Origin: Naegleria gruberi
Lineage: Eukaryota
Strand: one strand, 5' to 3'
Length of the DNA: 64,000 nt
NCBI GenBank assembly: GCA_000004985.1
Contig: GG738907.1
In this document: positions 58,635 to 64,000 of the stretch, in pieces
Numbering within the stretch: position 1 is the stretch's first letter
How the letters are laid out: every line of letters begins with the position of its first letter
Position numbers and translations under genes: made by a program
The notes under the pieces: generated by a model
What the model saw: only the letters and a program-made list of their open reading frames with translations
Told to the model about the DNA's origin: nothing
Database searches by the model: none

Positions 58635-61600
58635 ATGCCACCAAAATATGTCATTCAACAGCAAAAATTGAAACAACAGGCAGTGTCTAATCAATCACCA
58701 CAAGCAAATTCTAATGGTTTATTTGTTCAACTGGGTGTGTTACCACAAACCAATCCACAACCACAACCAACTTTAGTTGATTTACCTCCTCTTGTTGTTC
58801 CCACCAACAGTATCATTACTCCGTCCACACCAAATGATCAATCATCTACACCACTGTCAGCTGTTTCAACATCATCCATAAGTTTGCAAGCATCATCAAC
58901 ACCAACTAGTTCATCACCTCCTGCAGCCAAACCAGCAACAAAGAACGAAACTAAAAAACCAAAAGAGAAAGACAAGAAAGAAAAGGACAAGAAGGAAAAA
59001 AAAGAAACGAAGGATAAGAAAGAAAAGAAAGAAAAGAAGGAAAAGAAAGAAAAAAAGGAGAAGGAAGAGAAGGACAAGAAGAGAAAAAAGGTTCCAGAAA
59101 AGTCTTCTGAAAAAAGTAAAAAGAAGAAATCCGATGCTTCTACTCCAACAATCAACACAACATCAATTACCAGTAGTAGTGCAACTCCAACAGTACCATC
59201 TCCACAAAAGGTTGTAAAAGATGTTGAAATGACAGATGTCTTAACAAAGGAAGAAGTGATCAAAGCAGTGTTTGAAAATATTCCAAAACAAGTTATTGTT
59301 AAAATATCATGCTTGGATTCTAATGAGTTCCAAATTGATGAAGATATTGTATTAAGTGAAGAGGGAATTCCAATTGTTAACGGTATCAAATTGTTTCAAT
59401 CAATTGATTGGAACAATTCATTAGAAGATCATGAATCTTTCTTTAATTTCAACTGCTCACTTGTTCTTTCAACTATTGCCAGCGAAAGTTCAATAACAGT
59501 TCAAGAGTTTATTTATTCTATTGATGAGGCACTCAAATTGAATCAACAGTATTGTAAGGATTTGATGCGTTCTATGAATATTTCACACGAAAACTATTCC
59601 TTTGTGTACGATTTGCAAACCAACTCAATGAGCTTGATTTTCAAGAGAGAAACAGAAATAGTGGAACTTGCTGAAATGCTCTACGAAATCAAGACTATTA
59701 GAGAACTGAAGGAGGCTGAAGAAATGGAAGCCGAGGAGCAAATTATTACAGAGGGACCAATAGATGAAATTCAAGTCAATTTTGAGTTTAATTTTGAAAA
59801 GGAGGAGAAAAAGTATGTATTGGAGCTTCGTGCACCAAAGGCAAAATCGTACAAAACCATTGTCTCATCCCATCTCCAAATTGCTGAAAGTGATATTTTG
59901 AATTATGGTGAAATAGCTAGCGAAACACTGGTTGAAGCTAATGGTGTATTACCAACAAAACTGAAGGACGTTCTAGCTAGCAGAGTTGATGTAAAGGTAG
60001 TGCATCGTCATGTCTATTATGAGCAGAGAGTAATTTCATATGAAATATTCGAAAGAATGAAGGATATTATTGGACAGACTGAGTTTTCATTATATAATCA
60101 TCTCTGCTTTCTAGTTTGTACGCCTGATCAGAATACCTTATGGCATCAGACAATGGAAAGATTGGAAAGATCCAACATTCTGCCACCAAATACCAAACTT
60201 TCACATGTCTCAATCAAGTATAGAAAAGATCACGTCCAGATGTTCGAAAAATTCAGAGACAGAATTGCAAATGAAAAAGAAACTCTCTTCATTATAATTG
60301 TAGACGAGTGTCACTATGCAATTACCAAAGAAGGTGCTCACGACAAGATTGTTAATGATGAGCTCGCTCTTCAACACAATAACTTTTTCATTCTATTGGT
60401 GAGCGCAACCCCTTACAATGTCCTCTCAGTTGATAGTAATATTCCAGAAGTGTACAAACTCTTGAACAAACATGAAGATTTGGAAGTTGGTACAAAAATT
60501 CAAGTCACTTCCACGAATTATAACAAGATAGGATTTGGTGTATTGATCAAATATGAGGAGCAATATTCTACTCCTGTGTATGAGCTAATTGAATCCAAGG
60601 ATCAAAATATATTTTTGGAGGATGTAGAAGAAATAACTGGTAAGATTATACCACTCATGAGTGATGAATCTGAAGAGAAAAACTTTGAAATTGGAGAAGT
60701 TGTGGAATATGAAGAAGTTCCTGACACAAATCCTCAACCAACTTCTAAGAAATCAATCTCAACAGTCAGGTACATAGTCAAATCCCTAACAAGAAACTTG
60801 GAAATGGAAGTAAACCTCTCAGATAGAGATTTACGAAAGATTAATACTTCAAAAACTAGAAGAATTACAAATCAAGCAATTGGCAATATTCCAAAGGGAA
60901 AACTTGTTGAAATACATGATATAATCAAGTGGAGTGTAACTTTCAAACCAGTGAATAATGATCCAGCAGTATCCAAAGAATACACCCTCAATGATTGGCA
61001 ATTCAAACACCTTACCAATTACGAGGAGTACAATGTTGTGAGTTGGAGTGAAGTACAAAAGCGTACAACCTTGGAAAGAACAGAGCAAGATAATCAAACG
61101 AAGAAATACTTCAGCAAACAGGATTACATTAATTCTCTCAAGCAAGAAGAACCACTTGTTTTCAAAGATTTAGAATTTGAAAGAGTTCTGAAAAAGATCA
61201 AGGTTGCATCCAATACTTTAAGACCAATCATGTTAGCTATTGACTATCACTTTTGGATTATTACTGAAGGATTGAGAAGAAAACTATATGATGAAGTTAC
61301 TGCTTACAGACATTTTAATTCCATTGATGCTGCTCTTGATATTGAACCAAAGCACAAAATATACGTAGAGATTTGTAAATTAATTTATCTAGCTTACTTG
61401 TGTGCTAAACATTTGAAGATGGATGATGTTTTGGAGAATCAAGAATTTGATGACGAGGACGATGACTATGATATCCTTGATGAAACTAAAAAGACCGTAA
61501 AGAAAAAGAAGGAAGATTTGGAAAAGAAAATTCAACATTTACTGGAATATTTGAAAAATAAGTTCAAGCCAAAGAATCCTGAAAGATTATTTTCAGTTTT

Positions 61601-64000
61601 AATCGATCAAGAATCCCACACCAAAACTCTCATTAATACCTTGATAGAATCTGGTAAAATTCCAAATGATAACAGTGTGACGTTGAGAGGGAAAATGAAA
61701 ATATTGAGAATTACAACTACAGATTTTGCCAACACTGTTTTCAAGCTATTGAGAAGTTCCATTTCCAAAGTAGCAGCAAGTGGCTACATTTCACCAGATA
61801 TTCTCATAGACACTGGTGAAAATCCACTCACTCTCGATCAATTATCTTTCATCTCAAGAATGAAACTTGCTGAAAAAGTTCTGTCCACAGAAGATTATGA
61901 AGTTTTCCAAAGAAAACCAAGTAGACTTTCTAAGGAGAAAAAATCTTTGGAATACATTAATTTACACAATTTCCCTTGCATTCTAATCCTAGTTGCCAAA
62001 GGTCGTCAGGGAGATACCTTCCCTAATTCATTTGATTGCTTGGATATGAGAGCCAAAGGTGATTCCTTGCCAAATTACTCATCTTTTACACAAGAATTTG
62101 GTCGTTTGTGTAGATATGTGGACGATTCTGACAAGAAACCTATTGCACTTGTAACAGATTCAATTTATAAGGATTTATCCAAGTGCGGTGAAGGTGGAGC
62201 TACAATAGTAGGTAACACGAGCATGAAGCTTGATACCTACATGACCAAGATGAAAGGAAAGGAAGGTCAAAAGTATTGGTCCATTGTTACATTCTGTAGA
62301 AGAACCATGACTGCAGTTGATGGAAAAAAGCTTAAAGGTGAAAAGAAAAGTCCTCCTTCCTATGATTCAATGAGATCAGGTTCTGATAAGGATATCTCCT
62401 CAAAGAAAAATCACAAGAATCGTATGTTACTATTCGCCGAACCACAAGTAAGTATATTTATAGTATTTGTGAATATTAATAACAATGAAATCAGATTGGT
62501 AAAACAGACGCCTTTATTCACTGTTTGGAAAGAGTAATTCATGACATTGAGAAAAATAGAAGTGAGCGTATGGTTGATATTAATGAAGAAGAACAACCAT
62601 ACGATGATAATTCTATTGGTGTTGATGCTGTTATTTCTAACTATTCTGAATTGGAACGTGTATTACCTTACTTTGAAAATTTACAAGGTCAACAAAGGGG
62701 TGAATACAGCTCAATTTCTGCTGGAAAGTATGCCAAGCTTGTTTTGAAAACCAGAGAGGAAATATTCACTGAATTTACACCTGATAAGATCAGGTCTGTA
62801 CACAAATTATCAAGAATTGAATCTTTCATGACAAGTTCCAATCATTATTGGAGCAAGTTTATGGAAAAATTGAGTAGCCACAACTTTGATTTGGAAACAT
62901 TCCAGACATTTGATGGAAGATACAATGATATTTTACATCCTTCATCTGGATATAGAACGCTGAAGTTTGGAGAATCAAGTTCTACATCATCCTCGAAAGA
63001 AATTATTGAGAAAGTTGACTTATCCGAAAAGATGAATATTGGTCTTGCAGATATGAATTATAAGGATAAATTAATTACCATCCAATTGCAAAAGGTATTT
63101 GGATTGAAGATGGCCATGCTAGAGTCTTGCTTTCCAGGAGAAAAGCCATTAATTTCCATTCCATCAAGCAAAATGAATTGGTTTGTAATTTCATCAGATC
63201 AACAACATGTCACCAGATTCCTACTGCCTGATGATCCTAATGGTGTTAGAAGTTGGATATTTGTCCCTTCTTGGAATAGAAGTGCCTCAGGTTTATTCTA
63301 TCTGAAAAGTATGAAGGTTCCATATAGACAAGTAATTGTTGTAAGACATTCCGAATTCAAGTGCTATAGAAATGTTTTGGGAGGAGATTTTGTGATTATG
63401 AGCTTACCAGATATTGTGAATATGAAAGATCTTTTCAAACTATTCCCAATCCCAACAACTGAACAAAGAAAGTTACAGTACAATGAAATAGTGGATGGAA
63501 AAACTCTTATTGATTATGAAATGAAGGACGATGTTGGAGGAATTGGCTACTCTAGAATGGTCATTCAAATTCTTTCCTATGCATTTGGTTTGGAATTTAT
63601 TTGGATGATGGATGATAATTGCCATCACTTTGAGAAGGTTGAAAATGGTAGAAAGGTTCCTTGCTCATTGGCAGAAGTTTTAATTCCACTCGAGAAAATT
63701 GTCTATGATGAAAACAAACCAATTTCAACTATTACTCAGTCAATTCAACCAATATTTAAAAATAGACAAAATCCATCTCTGAATATCACTCTTAATGATA
63801 GTATAAGCAGTTTTACTCCTGGAAAGGATAAAATTGCCATGATTGGAGTTAGAAAGGATGGATACAGATATTCTTCATCGATCAACTACAAACCATTTGT
63901 AAACAGTTTCACCATTTGTTCTCTCTTCCTTTTGAATACAAAAAGAACAATTGATTCTGGTTGTATATTCCCATCAAGAAGATATTTAGAAGACATTGAA
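58635..64000 (+). CDS. very large multidomain protein (>1770 aa, 3' partial): Pro/Ser/Thr-rich N-terminus, KEKK charged repeat, SF2 DExH-helicase-like core (motif II DECH, motif III SAT), C-terminal GT8-like DxD glycosyltransferase-like module; CDS join(58635..62447,62495..>64000)
   Basis: LFIIIVDECHYAI followed 31 aa later by FFILLVSATPYN (canonical II-III spacing); KGRQGDTF candidate motif VI; no recognisable Walker A upstream; after a 47-bp GTAAGT..ATCAG intron the frame stays open to the window end and contains WIFVPSW ... IQILSYAFGLEFIWMMDDNCHHF resembling the GT8 LHCWSLTQYSKCVFMDAD block. Confidence 0.6.
58960..59100 (+). repeat. coding charged low-complexity repeat (KEKDKKEKKEKKEK...) within the large gene
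   Basis: aaagaaaag/aaggaaaag purine-rich reiteration translating to (K/E/D) repeats; mirrored spurious antisense ORF 58838..59389. Confidence 0.5.

Noticed and set aside
58960-59100. Possible CRISPR-like or tandem-repeat array (aaagaaaag reiteration)
   Set aside because: It is in frame within a long ORF and translates to a KEKK charged repeat. There are no direct repeats with unique spacers, and the context is eukaryotic.
1-64000. Prokaryotic operon or defence-island interpretation of the window
   Set aside because: Multiple genes only make sense after removing GT-AG introns (G-alpha, ACMSD, cathepsin B, NHL gene). There are no Shine-Dalgarno-type spacings. The gene content is eukaryotic (RPA2, RasGEF, G-alpha, ZGRF1).
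1-64000. tRNA, rRNA genes and transposable elements
   Set aside because: I found no T-loop/D-loop consensus strings (GGTTCGAATCC-type), no rDNA-like segments, no reverse-transcriptase (YxDD) or integrase/transposase-like ORFs, and no terminal inverted repeats.
14536-64000. Exact nucleotide positions of several hand-built splice sites
   Set aside because: These are not rejected but flagged. Reading long homopolymer runs by eye produced 1-nt discrepancies against the ORF track in a few places. Splice positions were re-anchored to track stop/start coordinates and checked so that exon lengths sum to a multiple of three. Residual error of 1-2 nt is possible.

Overview
This looks like a eukaryotic nuclear region, not a prokaryotic one. 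It is gene-dense and AT-rich (~65% AT), with very short GTAAGT...AG introns (42-137 bp), Asn/Gln/Thr-rich low-complexity coding tracts and a Dictyostelium-like gene repertoire. I infer a dictyostelid-like (Amoebozoa) source, but cannot confirm it without a search. I can support about 30 protein-coding genes.

Confident calls are:
- RNA polymerase I second-largest subunit (RPA2)
- a heterotrimeric G-protein alpha subunit (4 exons)
- a ZGRF1-like helicase (DUF2439, GRF zinc finger, Upf1-like SF1B helicase)
- ACMSD (5 exons)
- cathepsin B (6 exons, including a 22-nt microexon that encodes the catalytic Cys)
- a RasGEF
- a RAD51-family paralog
- an ACP5-like metallophosphoesterase
- a RimK-type ATP-grasp ligase
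- an NHL-repeat/EGF surface protein (4 exons)
- a large EGF-repeat type I membrane protein

Lower-confidence calls are an LRAT/NlpC-P60-like protein, an SxxK/SDN serine-hydrolase-like protein, a THEM6-like thioesterase, a P-loop GTPase and several hypothetical proteins.

The most unusual loci are:
- a DUF262 (DGQQR, GmrSD/ParB-like nuclease family) gene with an apparent frameshift;
- a >1770-aa gene running off the window end, with a DECH/SAT helicase-like core but no obvious Walker A, and a C-terminal GT8-like DxD module;
- a decayed zone at ~55.2-56.1 kb holding an MFS-transporter pseudogene (10-bp tandem duplication) and relic copies of an exon of the adjacent GPI-anchored-protein gene.

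I found no rRNA or tRNA genes, CRISPR arrays or transposable elements. The ORF track uses TTG/GTG as starts, so many of its ORFs are exon fragments. I rebuilt multi-exon models by hand, and intron coordinates may be off by 1-2 nt.
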